The notes beneath the pieces are model-generated. The model saw only the letters and a list, made by a program, of their open reading frames with translations, made no database searches and was not told the DNA's origin. A stretch of DNA of 64,000 nucleotides from Amphiscolops sp. MND2022 (lineage: Eukaryota): NCBI GenBank assembly GCA_964187785.1, contig OZ076409.1, positions 18,230,001 to 18,294,000 of the forward strand, in the 5' to 3' direction. The position numbers and the translations under genes were made by a program. Positions 51,341-64,000 of the stretch are shown in pieces (position 1 is the stretch's first letter; every line of letters starts with the position of its first letter).

Positions 51341-54300
51341 TTTCGCCACATCTTCAGTTTGGGGAAATTGTCGAAACCCGACATTTCACAACATCGGAGC
51401 CCCCAAACACGTACGATCAAGAAGAACCCAATGAGCGCTGTGAACAACCATCTCTCGACTGGCAGCGATGATGGCAAATTCACAAGCTCCACAAATACAA
51501 CCGTCAAACTACGACCAAAAAAGACTACCCACAATGGGACATTGACAACCCGACCGACTACAAAACTCCAAAACGACCCTTACCAGAAAACACCTCCCCT
51601 GAAACCTACATTCATGACCCCGACTTCAATTGCGATCCGTACCACAATCCCCAATTTTACGACAGAGAAACATTAACCTTTAAACAGAGAGAGAGTGCAC
51701 GCCATTTGAGGAATACATCAAGAAAACGGAAATGAACATCTCAACAGAGCCACGTCACAGACCAAAAATTGCCCAACCTGTACCAGATTACGACCAAGAT
51801 GTAGAACGTGTGTCAGAAATATTAGTCGATAACCCCACTAACAGACCCAAGTCCATACTAAACAATCAGGGATCTCAAATCACGGCCCCCCAATCACCAC
51901 CAAAAGACCAACAAGTCAACCCTATCAGAGCCGGAATCATACGATCCCCAACAATGGACGTGGCACCCGACTGCCACCAACACGAAAACATCACCTGCAG
52001 GAACACGACTGAAGCCGTGGACCTGGCCCAACCCACAATCAACAAGAAGACAACACCCTCCAAACTAACAACAAGGAGGATCAAGAGGTCTCTACTTTTA
52101 GAGCCCCCCACCTCAATAGTCAGCCGCAAGATGAAGTTGAACTCACCCAACCCATTATGGCTGACGCAACTAACATGCAGTCTGAATCCCAACCAGGTGT
52201 TGCAAACAGCACACCTCAACAGGACAGCCCCAGGTCCTACCCTTCAAAGCAGACTGCAGAATACCCGAGGCAAAACCATAGGGCCAGGGGAACTCCCAGT
52301 TCCCTCTTCCAAAACGACAGTCAGTCTGAAAACCGCCACAGGACGAACCCCAGTCCTACCCTACGGCCCAGATTGCAGAATACCTCACAAGGGACCCCGT
52401 GACCAACGAGCATTGCATCCCAATTTTCTCAGCAGTAACACTCAAGAAGAAGAAGAAAAAGCTATTTGCTCCAATGGATTTCCAGGACCTAACCCTGGAT
52501 GCCCTCATAGACTCCGGCGCCCTTGTTAACTGCATTTCAGAAACAGACTACAACAAAATCCTCCAAATGTCTCCCAAGGACATAGTTAAAGAATTGGAAC
52601 CACCCACCTTCAAACTTCAAGTCGCAAATGGCGACATCGAAACACCAACCAAGACAATCATCCTCAAATTCGAAATAGGGGACTGGAACTTTAAAGAAAC
52701 ATTCATTGTTGCCAAACGACTGACAGGTCCAATACACGGCCTCACCTTCCTCAAGAACAATAGCGCCATTCTGGATGTGAGTCAGGGCCTGCTCCACTTC
52801 CCTCATCTCACATATTCCATCTAAACTGATGAGTATACCCGCAACAGGAAGCTCTATAAAGTCCAAATAATGAACCCATTCACCATTCCTCCCGAGACAA
52901 CGCAGACAATCACTGGCTACACGGACATATCATCCAGCATCGACACAACCGGTGTCATCAACCCAGCCACCAATCACTGTAGCGGTGACCCCCTGGTGGT
53001 AGCCAGCTCAATATCAACGGCCTCGAACCGCAAGATCGACGTCAGGGTGACCAACACCACCACCACACCCTACACCATAAAAAAGAATTCGACGATAGCG
53101 GAGTTCAAAATTATGTCGCCAGAAGAAGCCAAAGAACTCAAACCACTCAACACAGCAGCACTCAAAGTGCTCACTGAAGATGATTCAGAAGACGCAATAG
53201 TCTATATCAATGAACTTCTAAAAACTTCTGACAAAGCCTCCAACAACCAAAACTTTTGATTCCCCACGCCAAATGACCCCGGGGATCCTTCTACCCACAC
53301 GCCGATCCAAGGCCGAATATTGCGAGAAATAAAAGAACTGGAAGAGATTCAGAAACTAAACCCTACCAACAGCGATGAAGAAAGGGAGGCATTCCTCAAA
53401 AACTTCAAATGGGATGACACACAACAGTCAGCAGACGACCAAAAAGACATCGAAGAAATACTCATCGAATTTACCGATCTTTTTGCCAGGCATCAACTAG
53501 ACATTGGAATCAACCACGATTTCAAAATCAAACTCACGCCGAAAACAGATGAACCAGTCTACTCACAGAGCTTGCCCTGTCCTATCAACGTAAAAGAAGA
53601 CTTGACAGTGGAACTGGCATTAATGCACTACTTCGGGATCATAACAACCCTCCCATTCAGCAAATACGCCAGCCCGATCTTTGCCCAGCGCAAACCGAAT
53701 GGTCGACTGCGCCTACTAGTGGACCTCAGAAAGATCAATAACTTGATCTCGGACGATTACATAAACAACAATCATCCGGTCAGCACATTAACCGATGCCG
53801 CGCAACACCTCGCTTGCAAGAAGTTATTTTGTAAGCTTGACTGCTCACAAGCGTACCACGTACTGTAGATGGCAGACCAGAAGTCCGTTCAACTCCTCGC
53901 CTTCAACTTTGTCAGCAGAACTTTCGCGTACCTCGGACTGGCCCAAGGACTGAGCCGATCACTATCGTCCTTCTCAAGCTTCATGCGAGAATACCCGGAC
54001 AAGGCCATAAAGGCGGACAATTGCGCCCAATACGTGGATGACATTGGAATTGCCACAAACACTCCCGAAGAGTTGAAGAACATTTTGAGAGAGGTCTTCC
54101 AGTGCATCCGCGCAGCAGGACTCCGACTTACAATGGCCAAATGTCAGTTCGGTGCCAAGGAAGTCGAGTTCCTTGGGCGAACAATCTCTCCATCGGGTGT
54201 GGCGCCCCAGAGCCACAAAATCCAGAAGTACTTGCAAACGCTCAAATTCCCCCGAACAAAGAAAGGACTTCAAAGATACATCGGATTTGTAAATTATTAC

Positions 54301-56981
54301 AGAAACTATATCCCCCGATTATCAGAGAAGATCGCTCCTTTCCACGAACTCATAAAATCTGACAAGCCAGCAAAAATCGACCAAGAACTTATATCCAACT
54401 TCGAAGCCATCAACAAGTCATTGGACAACGCGTGCGGACTTTGGCTCAAACAACCACTGTCAAACCGACATTACGTCTTGATGACTGACGCCAACTTTAA
54501 AAACGCCGGATACGCCCTAATGACCGAGGAGGACCCAGAACAGAAGATCACTTCCACCAAGTAAACCTATGCCCCTGTAGCATTTGGATCCAAAACTTTC
54601 TCCCCGTCACAATTGAAAATGTCAATTTATGCCAAGGAGTTTTTGGCCATCTACTTTGCCTTCATGGAGTATAGCCATATCTTGTGGGGGACCACCAAAC
54701 CAATCATTGTCCTCACAGACAACAAGTCAGTCACGAGGTTTTTCCAAACCAAAATGATCCCACCCTCCCTGTGGAACACCTGCCATTTCGTACTCCAATT
54801 CCACTTCAAAATCGCCCATGTACCAGGACGGATGAACACGGCGGCCGATTTCCTCTCCCGATTGGACATCAGCCCCAAAGAAAAAGTCCTTCTCCAAATC
54901 AGAGAAGACATCCAAACAACACCCATTCAGGTGAACATTCAGTCCTCCGACATTCATGAGGAAGACCAGTTCTACTTTTTACCGGAAGACGACTCCGAGA
55001 CAGAAGAAGATATCTGGGAGCGAAAACAAAGAGCACGCAAGAAAATATACAACCCCCAAGAACACCAAACTGACTCACCAGCCGCGACAAATGAGACAAT
55101 CTCTCGAACGGAGAACTTACCATTAGTCTGCAATAATATCCAAGACCCAGAACAAGAACAAAGGCGAGAACAAACCAACTTCACAGTGACTCAAGCTTCC
55201 CACGCAGTCTGAGGCTGCACCAGGACCAGGACCCCGTCCTCCGAAATCTCAAACTGAGAATGTTAAAGGAGCCGTACGACACCCAACTTCTGAACGACGA
55301 TCCCAGAGCAGCCAAATACTTAACCCAAGAAGACAGAATCATCATCAAAGATGGGCTACTGTACAGACAATACTTCGGAGACAATGGGAAAGTGAAATAC
55401 TTACAGGTGCTACTTCCTCAACAGCTGGTCGACGAATTCATCCAACACCATCATGGAAAATATGGCAAACACCCAGGGATAGCCAAAACCATCCAACAAT
55501 GCCGTGAAAAGTACTGTTTTCCAGGACTCGCTGCCAAAATAGCCAACCACACCCCTTTCTGCAAAGAATGCGTCCAAACAAAGAGAACTTCAAACAGTAG
55601 CATCACACCACCTTTAATTGATATGTCACAACTAGCACTGGGACCTGAGGATGCGCTTCAAATGGACATAGTCCCATTTGACGACCCATCAGGAGGATAC
55701 AATGCGGTTATTACAGCAATGGATGTCTTCTCACGATACCTATTTGCATACAGTGTTGCTGGATTTGATTCCAGAACCGTCACCCGAGTCCTAATAGACA
55801 TCATTACTCGACACAGCTACCTCACCACAACCATCATTACTGATAAAGGGTCCCAATTTGTAGCAGAATCCATGCAACAAATCACTACAGCTCTGGGAAT
55901 CCAATTTAGGCATGCTACAACAAAACATGCCCAAACGATAGGCATCCTGGAACGAACTCACGCATCACTGAAAGAGAGTCTCAAAATTATGACAGGGGAA
56001 AGGCGTACAATGTGGCATTAATTTTTACCAATGTCGGTATTAAACTACAATACCTCATATCACACGTCCCCGGGCTGTGAGCCCAGCAGAGTGTTCCACG
56101 GAAGAGTCCCCTACAATGTACTTGGTTTGAAATACGGACTCAAAACACAAAATCCTGCCCCAACCAACAGTGAAATTGCTGAAGGAGTGCTCCGACAGAC
56201 AAAAGAAATCGTTGAGCAGACACAACAGTCACTGATGCAGGCCTACGTTTGCCATAAACTCTATTACGACAAGAAGGCCTCCGCCAACCCCTTGGTAGTA
56301 AACGACTACTGCTATGCATTGCATCCAAAGGCGCATAGCCAATCGACAAAACTGCCGTTTAGGGACTACCTTTGGACGGGACCATACATCGTGGTCGAGA
56401 CTTTACCAAACAACAATTATCTAGTTCGAAAACTTCAGACAAATCTCACACAGATCCTACATAGAATCAGGCTCAGACCATTTAAGAGTACACACAAACT
56501 GCCTGACATCTCCACACCCCTCAAGGATTTCCAGCAAGATAACGAAGTTATTATACAACATGACGACCTATACGCCTTAGCTTGGCAAGAGTTTTACCAA
56601 AAAGACCCTACCCATCTCGGAAACAGCCCGTCACCCGAACCCAAATTGATACCGCCAAACACGGAAACAGCCGACGAAACCACCCACCCCGACACAATAC
56701 CCGAACCTGAAAACATCAGCAATCACCCGGAAGCCCAGGCAGATGACCTAACCCTAGACATAGCCGATGAACCCGAAGATCCCGCACCCACCCCTAAATC
56801 CCCCCGAAAATCAAAGTACAATCTTCGACAAAATCCGACATCAAATTTGAAGCCGGATTTCGCTTACTACAACCCTATAGAAGTCAATCCAAACAACTCG
56901 ATAATCCTGAATCACGGGCCAGACGACAGCCCAGAAACACAAGTTTTAGCGGACCTCGGCCCTGACGGTGGCCTGAGATAA
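51337..56981 (+). pseudogene. pol: pol of element 2 with multiple stops and frameshifts
   Basis: LIDSGALV, QYVDDIG, TDANFKNAG, HHGKYGKH...CKEC, MDVFSRY, WTGPY; stops ending at 52824, 53259, 53868, 54564, 56021. Confidence 0.93.
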
Positions 56982-57372
56982 GAAAACTGAAAAGGTCCCA
57001 GGCGCTAGCCTGAACAGCTATACTGTGACTCAAATTCAAATCTCCTCAACTCATAATAGCTCTTTTTCTCTCTTACACTCTATTACTTCCTACTCTTCCT
57101 ACTCTATTACTCTTCCTACTCTAGTACTTGGATGAAAACAATACAGAGGCTAAATACTAAATTGATTGACCCAACGGACCATTGGGTTGCCTCAAATTTT
57201 TTCTTTGCTCCATAATACCAGAGCATTCTTATCTCGATTTTCTATCTATTTTATTTTCTAAGACGGAACCGACTAGCGGAACCCTATAACATCAGAACAA
57301 TGGGTACACAATAAAGAGAAACAACAAAGAAATTAAATCAAAGCAGTTCATCAACGTGCAGTTTCAAATAAT

Positions 57373-60300
57373 TCAACATGACTTCTCTTGACGAGATCCT
57401 TTCTTCGACACCGTTCTCTTCTTTTGCACCGACGAACTCGTAGAGGCCTGCACTGGCTCGGATGCCTCAACCACAGAAACAGTCTCAGCAGCAGACGTAG
57501 TACCAGACGGCACACCACGGGATGACCGCCCACCAGCCATCCGAGATCTCCACCTCTCAACCTGACCAGTGTAGTAGGCGGTGTAACATCGAAACAAACT
57601 CTCCAAAACCTCCATCCAAGCATGACGACTGATATCCACGAATTGATCGAAAGAGGTGCGCGCCAAGAACTGATGCCCCACAGGCAAATTCACCTTTAAC
57701 TCCTCCAAACACTCCACGGTCAGTAAATCATTCGAGACAATTTTGGGATGGAGAACAAACGACTGCACCGCACTGATCCCTGAACGGATAGCAGCTGTAG
57801 GAAGATCAACTCCACTACTTGAAATATCCACCGGAGGCATGGTATTTAGCCCAGAACACACCATCACTCGCAACAGACGAACCACTTGTTTGACGTAGCC
57901 CCGGCACTGATAAACATCACTAGCTTCCAAGAATCCGAATACATCACAAATTTGTTCAGGATCAGAAGACCGTTGACGCAGCTCTACAACTAGAGACTTG
58001 AATTCATTTACAGAAGCCTCCCGGTCAACTCCACTCAGGAAGCTAGCACCATGTAAACAGCTCACCAGATCTTGAAACAAATCTACCACATACTCAGCAT
58101 CTCCACACAGTAGCATATCTACACTCAAACAGCTGAGCGAACGGGCCACACGGGAACTACAATAAGCTGAAGATCCAAGCCGTTTCAACAACTCAAGCAA
58201 AGACCCCTGACATTCTTGCAGGAAGGTGCGGCGAGGAGCGTCATCGAAACCCCGCAACGCCGTCATGATGCTGGGCTCAGACTGCAAACATTCCCCAGCG
58301 GTAACATTTGCCCAATCGTTCAGAGGCTGATCGATATACTCGAACCAATTATCCACAGACGGCAACTGACTAACTTTCTTCACCTTGCCCAAAAGACTCC
58401 AGTAAAAGAAGCAAAAGTCAGTAAAATTGTGGCACGCGTAATCCCGAACCTTCGGATCCTGCTGCCTCCTGAAGTTCGAATTGTAGCACAGCAACACAAC
58501 GTGCAAAAAGGCAAAGCGCGGCAAGACTAAACGGTCAGCACACAGAAGAGAATCTAGATCTACAACATTCGCTGACTTCTTCATCAATAGCACATTGTTC
58601 GATAAGCACAGCTTCACGTCAGCCCAATTATCCAGAAGTTCCTGCAGAACCCCACACAAAGACGCAAAGGGCACGACTCCGGTTTCCAAACATAGACGCA
58701 ATTGAGGCAGATTTAAAAACCATGCCTGATGACGCACCCGCTTGAGACGCTGAACCAAATTCTCCAGAGCTGAGAACGGATCCACAGACCCCACACACAC
58801 AATACTGGACTCATTGATTAGACGCCGCAACAAATCGAAAGCCATAGCAACAACAGGCACAGGACGACCAACGGTCTGACACCAGTCGATATATCCATTA
58901 AATAGAACAGGTGGGCAGTTCAAAACTGACGCAGGTCCACGAATGGTCGACACAAGGGACAGAACACGTGCTAGACACCGCATCTCAGACTCACAGGATG
59001 TCTCACCATGAGGTTCTTCAAAGAGGTGTACCTCGCGAAGACAGTCATCGGGGCAGCATCGGACGATACACTTCACACCGGAGTATGAAGACTGCAGCGC
59101 CAAGCTAAACGGGCCGTCCCCAAGCCATGATTTCACACGACGAAGCACACGCGGATAGAGAGTCGGCACAAGGACCACTAATGTTTCAGTCTTACTCCAA
59201 GTAACTGAAGCGTATGGACTCTCGACTGGCAAAGTAGTCCGGAACTGGTTCCACAGCCGACGTAAGAACAACTGGGACCCTCCACTTTTCAGCAGCTCCA
59301 ACAAGCATCCCACAAAAGTCGTTGGGGGCACATTGGATGGGACGCCAACCAGTGCGTCCACTTCGTCTTCTAAAAACTTGTTCATGCGCCCCAATACCAC
59401 AGGAGGAGTTTCCTCAATCTCGGCACGTTGTTCAGCAGTCAGGTCAGCAACTCGGACGGGATCAAACTTCTCCGTATAAATCACATCCTCGTGGTCGTAA
59501 CGGTACCGACGATCTTTGAGGTAGTGACCCTTGCACTTGAAATGCCGCCAGATTCCTCGTGCACCCCGAGACAGAAAGGAAACATCTTTCTTGCAAATCG
59601 AGCAGTTGAACCCATTCGGACTCTTGTCATCCCGTCGACTGACAAACAACCGGGGAATCGCATGGTCACTCATGGCTTTTGTCAACATATGACGCTCCGT
59701 CTGCATTTTTGCCCGTTCTTCATCCCGACCCAACATATTCGCTTTCTTCGCCTCCAGAGGATCCAGCACTCGTCCAGGGTTATCAGCGTCAATGCCTTTC
59801 CCTTTCAGGAGCCAAGACAACTCCTCAAATTCTAAACATAACAACAAGTAGTCAAACAAATGACAGCATACGACAACACTCCATACAAATATCCAAGAGA
59901 TAGAGGCAAACAAAACAACCCGAAAGAAACCATCGAAACAGTCAAGAAAGCCAAGCAACAGAACAACAACAATACACTTACGCTTTGCCAGGCTTTTAGT
60001 TTCTTTAAGAGACTCAGTCCGTTCAGCTCGGGCAGCACTTCGGGCCAGCAACACACACTGCTCCGCGGACATCATCATTGGTGAACCACTAGGAACTGCA
60101 TCCAGACCAGCTGGCAACAAGCGAGCAAGTTTCACAACACTATAAACTGACGTTAAACCGCACCACGAGCAAAATTACACAACACGAAGAGGGCATGAAG
60201 AGCGGAATGAAAAGAAAATTCAACATATCATTTTCCCAGTCATTGTACACAACTGAGGCCTCCACGCCAACAGCGACTCGTCCGTGCTGAGTCCTGCCAC

Positions 60301-61221
60301 GCTTGGACGACACACCGGGTAGCTCTGAGACAGCATCACTGACAGGGGCAGGAGTATCACCCGCCACCTCACACACAAATACATCACTGTCTTCGGAAGA
60401 CTCAGTTCCCGGCCCAGGCACTGCTCCAGCAACTATAATACAACCAAGGTATGAACAACAGGAAATGCAGAACAAGTGTCCCTACAAGCATTACATGAAC
60501 CCATTTCTTTGTACATGACACCCTTAGAAAGAGAAAGAGAAAGAATACCTACTTTCAAGAGTCCGAGAAACAGAAATCATGGGGGGCACATGGTCATCTC
60601 CCGAACTGTCATGAGCAGAGGGCGGCCTGGTAATCGAGCCAGAAATGACATCCGCCAATCGAACCCGTTTCGCAGACTGCACACTGGTAGTTGACAACAT
60701 TCGACTAGCCCTTGCCTTCTTCTTACTTTGGGACCTCGTACTACGGATCGGGACATAATCCTCATCAGATCCATCATCGGTAGCTACAGAAAGTAGATGA
60801 ATAGAACGCGTTCAAAGAAACCTAGAAAAGGCTGGCCACCTATTAATTTCTAGAAGAGATTACCTTTCTTCCGTGCCAAGTAATCAATGTCATGCCGATC
60901 TTCACTTGTGGCAGAATGGAAAGATCCAGTTGCGATAACACTCTATGCTCTCCGCTACTGCCATCACTGGAATCTGCTTTGTCACCAACGCCTGGCACAC
61001 GTCCCTCTGCTTGCTCAACCGACACACCAGCTTCCTACTGAACGTCGCCACCACTCGCCTCTCCATTTTCATCATCACCCCCACATCCACTAGTTCTTTC
61101 CTCTCCACGGACAACTGACTCAACCACAGACTCAACTTCCGCTCCACTCTCGACTAATTCCGCTTCTCGACTGCGGTGCAACAATGCACTATCTTCTTCA
61201 GTGGAACACATAATCAATTCT
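57373..61221 (-). CDS. Spliced antisense accessory gene of element 2 (homologue of 7586-11810). Long last exon 59831-57373; intron 59981-59832; further 5' exons up to ~61220 only partly resolved
   Basis: CSICKKDVSFLSRGARGIWRHFKCKGH aligns with CHICKKNFSIKSKGPYEILRHHRTARH; phase-1 GTAAGT...TTTAG intron; acidic low-complexity 5' exons, one with a stop at 61035-61037. Confidence 0.8.
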
Positions 61222-61439
61222 CTGAAAATAACAAACCATGAAACATAAAAAAGAAGATGTGGCGTAAAATCAATGGAAATATTAATACTAAAAGTTATCT
61301 ACTATAAAAGGAGAGTTGTTCAGTCTGCCAGCTCAACAATTCAACAAGCTCAACACAAATGGTGTGAACAGATTTTCAGGACGCGGATTAGTCAGTTATA
61401 TTCCTAATCAACTGACAATCAGCTTGCTACTCAAACAAA

Positions 61440-62036
61440 ATGCAAAATTCCAACTCCAGCGATCAAACGAACGAAGACGTCTTTATTCTCGACCGAGATC
61501 AGCCAGCACAGCCAAGACAAAGGCCCAATACACCGCCGCCTAATTATAATATTATCAATCCAACGCAGCTTACTATTACTTATGAAATAAGTAAAACAGA
61601 AGATCTACACGTCGTCTTCGTCCATGACCAACTGCTCGAGAATGCAATTAACGCTGAAAACGAACAAGGAGTAATACGAAGATTTACTACAGACAATCCG
61701 GTTATACCAGATGATGAATTCGTGAGCCCAATCAGACGGTTCAATCAAGCAGACCAATACAGCCCTGATTATATTTTCGACAGCCCTATGAGCCCGATCA
61801 GTGAGACCGACAGCAGCTCAGAAGGCTACTGGTCAGGCAGCAGTTGGGAAAGCAGCTCTTCATGGCGATCATACGATTCAATGAGAGATGACCTCACTAC
61901 TTTGTTTGATACACCGATACGATCCATTTCCCAATTTCTCCTTCTTGGGGGAACTGGGCAAAGAAGCCGAGGACTGTCACAGCCCCACTTGAGCTGTGAG
62001 TATTGCAGCAGAGTCAACCCAGTCTTCGAAGAATAA
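61440..62036 (+). CDS. Small acidic/Ser-rich accessory ORF3 of element 2, ending inside the 3' LTR
   Basis: 198-aa ATG ORF; EDVFILD, DSSSEGYWSGSSWESS and CEYC; last 20 codons lie in the LTR; TATAAAA at 61303. Confidence 0.7.
   Translation: MQNSNSSDQTNEDVFILDRDQPAQPRQRPNTPPPNYNIINPTQLTITYEISKTEDLHVVFVHDQLLENAINAENEQGVIRRFTTDNPVIPDDEFVSPIRRFNQADQYSPDYIFDSPMSPISETDSSSEGYWSGSSWESSSSWRSYDSMRDDLTTLFDTPIRSISQFLLLGGTGQRSRGLSQPHLSCEYCSRVNPVFEE
61956..61974 (+). promoter_or_regulatory. Putative polypurine tract
   Basis: GGGCAAAGAAGCCGAGGAC directly before the LTR start. Confidence 0.55.
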
Positions 62037-63916
62037 ATTAGGTAATGGAAGAAGGAGAATTGAAAACAGAAAACCAGAAAACAATCAGTCCAATCCATAT
62101 AACTTGAAACAATGGCGATAAATAATATGTACAACATGATTGAACAAATAAATATATACTTACATATACATTAGTACTTTTATTCATTTATACACACACA
62201 TATATATACACGTACTTACATCATAACGGGGCTATGGTGCAATTAATAATAATAATAATAATAATACAGTGCTACAGCTAACAATATGCGAACCACCGCC
62301 TAACGAGTGACCAAACAATTTTATAGTAAGACTGCGGCCTGGCAGCCGGCCTCAAATTCAGACCGTGAAGCGCCGGCCTGGGACGCGGCCTGAGAATGAA
62401 CCACGCTGCTAAGCACAATGCGCTGAATTAAGAGTGCTAATGAATACATGTAAACGTTTTAATACCCTCTGCAGTAACTAAATGACGACATGAGTGCAAT
62501 TGTCCTAATAATAGACCTTTCACATCAAATGCACTAAATACGATGAACCGCGGCCTGGGATACGGCCTGAGAATGATTATGCACCAAGTTAATTATAAAA
62601 GCAGTAAACGCTGATGTTATTTCGTATTTTTGTTCAAGAATAAACATGGAGCTTATTAATTGTGTTCATGAATGATGTTGTCGGTTAAATATTACATTTA
62701 TTGATTTTTTGCATGTAAATAGTGATTGATTAATAAACAAGCCTGGACCTCAGCCTGGGCCCAAGCTTTAGTTGTACACATTAATAACTTGTAGTTCCTA
62801 TTCCCCAAACCCGTTGCTGTTGAATTATGTTAACCATCGCCCAAGATGGTGCTTCTCATAAACATTAGTCACCAGTATTTATTCTTTACCTCCTGAAGTA
62901 AATTTGTCCGTCCCGGACTGTGGCCTGGGACTAATGCCTCACAGTTCTCTCACAGTTCTCAGTCAAATCAGCCTTGTAAACATCGCATGAACTGTCCTAT
63001 CTACTCATTTACTTTTCTGTGCGCGATTTTGTTAGTCTAAAGCTAGAACGATGCTATCTTTATTAATCTAAGGAATATTTTTGTAAAATATTGACTGTCA
63101 TTCTTTTTCCAAATTCTCACATTCAATTTGCAGTACTCTTGATGATTCACCACTCTCAATTTCGCCAAGTTCAGCTTCGGCGTCTTAAAAGAGCGGGAAA
63201 TTGGAGGCGAATGGAAGCGGAGTCGCAACTCAGACTAGAAGTGGACGCGTGTTTTCTTCGGAAAGCATGAACAAGCTGAAGGTCTGAGTTCGACAAAGCG
63301 GAACTGAACTTCCGGTTTCCCCGCTTAGGATGGACGCCGGGTTGAACGGCATGTGAAATATTGTTGTGTTTTCCCCGCTCTTCGGAGAGTGAAAATTATA
63401 TATATGCTGAAATTTGGGAGCCATTAGTAGTTGAAATTTTGTTTCGTTGCGAATTATTAACTTGCTAATTGAACGACAATTAACATTTTGCAATCTGCAT
63501 TTTCTTTGTTCATCAATCAGTTTGAACTATTTCTTAAGAAATTTGAGATCAATCCAAACAGCATGCCTGAGCGAAGTTCTAAGGGGAAAGCCAGACGTGA
63601 ATCAATCACAAGTTCAGTAGATGAGCCAGAGTGTTCGAGCATGAGGACGGGCAATGTCCCCAGCATTTCCGACAAAGATTTTGCGGACTTGACAGAAAAA
63701 ATCTAAAAGTCGGTGAATACGCGGATTAAGGACACAGAAACCGGACAACGAGAAATACTAAAAATGATAGAAAATTTGTCTTCTAAAATAGACTCGTTGA
63801 CTGACAAAACGTCTTGCGATTTGAATCAAGGATTGAATGGAGTAAACTCTGAAAACGTAATACTAGAGAATAGACCCATTAATTAAACGAATTCCATCAA
63901 GATGTCAGTCAACACA
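61975..63916 (+). repeat. 3' LTR of element 2 (1942 bp)
   Basis: TGTCACAG...CAACACA followed by the TSD; a few percent divergent from the 5' LTR by eye. Confidence 0.95.
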
Positions 63917-64000
63917 GTTGGTGACAACAGGAAAATATTAACGCAATAAAGTTTCCGTAAGATATTTAGATTATCATGATAAAAGTTGCTGGCAACATTA

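Larger units (their letters stand above)
48427..63916 (+). mobile_element. Element 2: full-length (15.5 kb) decayed Ty3/Gypsy-type LTR retrotransposon with accessory genes
   Basis: TGT...ACA LTRs, perfect 5-bp TSD GTTGG (48422-48426, 63917-63921), PBS, purine-rich tract, gag-pol homologous to element 1. Confidence 0.96.

Noticed and set aside
59832..59981. Hydrophobic stretch in the 920-aa ORF suggesting a transmembrane or Env protein
   Set aside because: It coincides with a 150-bp in-frame GTAAGT...TTTAG intron; the gene is antisense, has a Zn finger, and the element 1 homologue has no such segment

Overview
This is eukaryotic (animal-type, spliceosomal introns, repeat-rich) DNA; the species cannot be identified from the sequence. 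Two related but divergent ~15-16 kb Ty3/Gypsy-type LTR retrotransposons dominate the window. Element 1 (<1-15347) is young and almost intact. Element 2 (48427-63916, TSD GTTGG) is complete but decayed. Both share an unusual architecture: (i) Gag starts inside the ~1.8-1.9 kb LTR and reads through the primer-binding site; (ii) an A-AAA-AAC -1 slip site leads into pol (PR, dUTPase-like, RT, RNase H, IN with a terminal YNLR motif); (iii) a large ANTISENSE, intron-containing accessory gene encodes a Zn-finger protein resembling a catalytically altered hAT transposase; (iv) a small acidic sense ORF with SIM-like and CxxC motifs reads into the 3' LTR. Between the elements lie four exons of host calcineurin B (minus strand, with element 2 probably in its intron), a possible small secreted EF-hand gene, a decayed Tc1 transposon, many MITEs (some nested), a 17-bp G-rich tandem array and a 1070-bp tandem duplication. 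All calls come from manual reading and translation; no database search was run.
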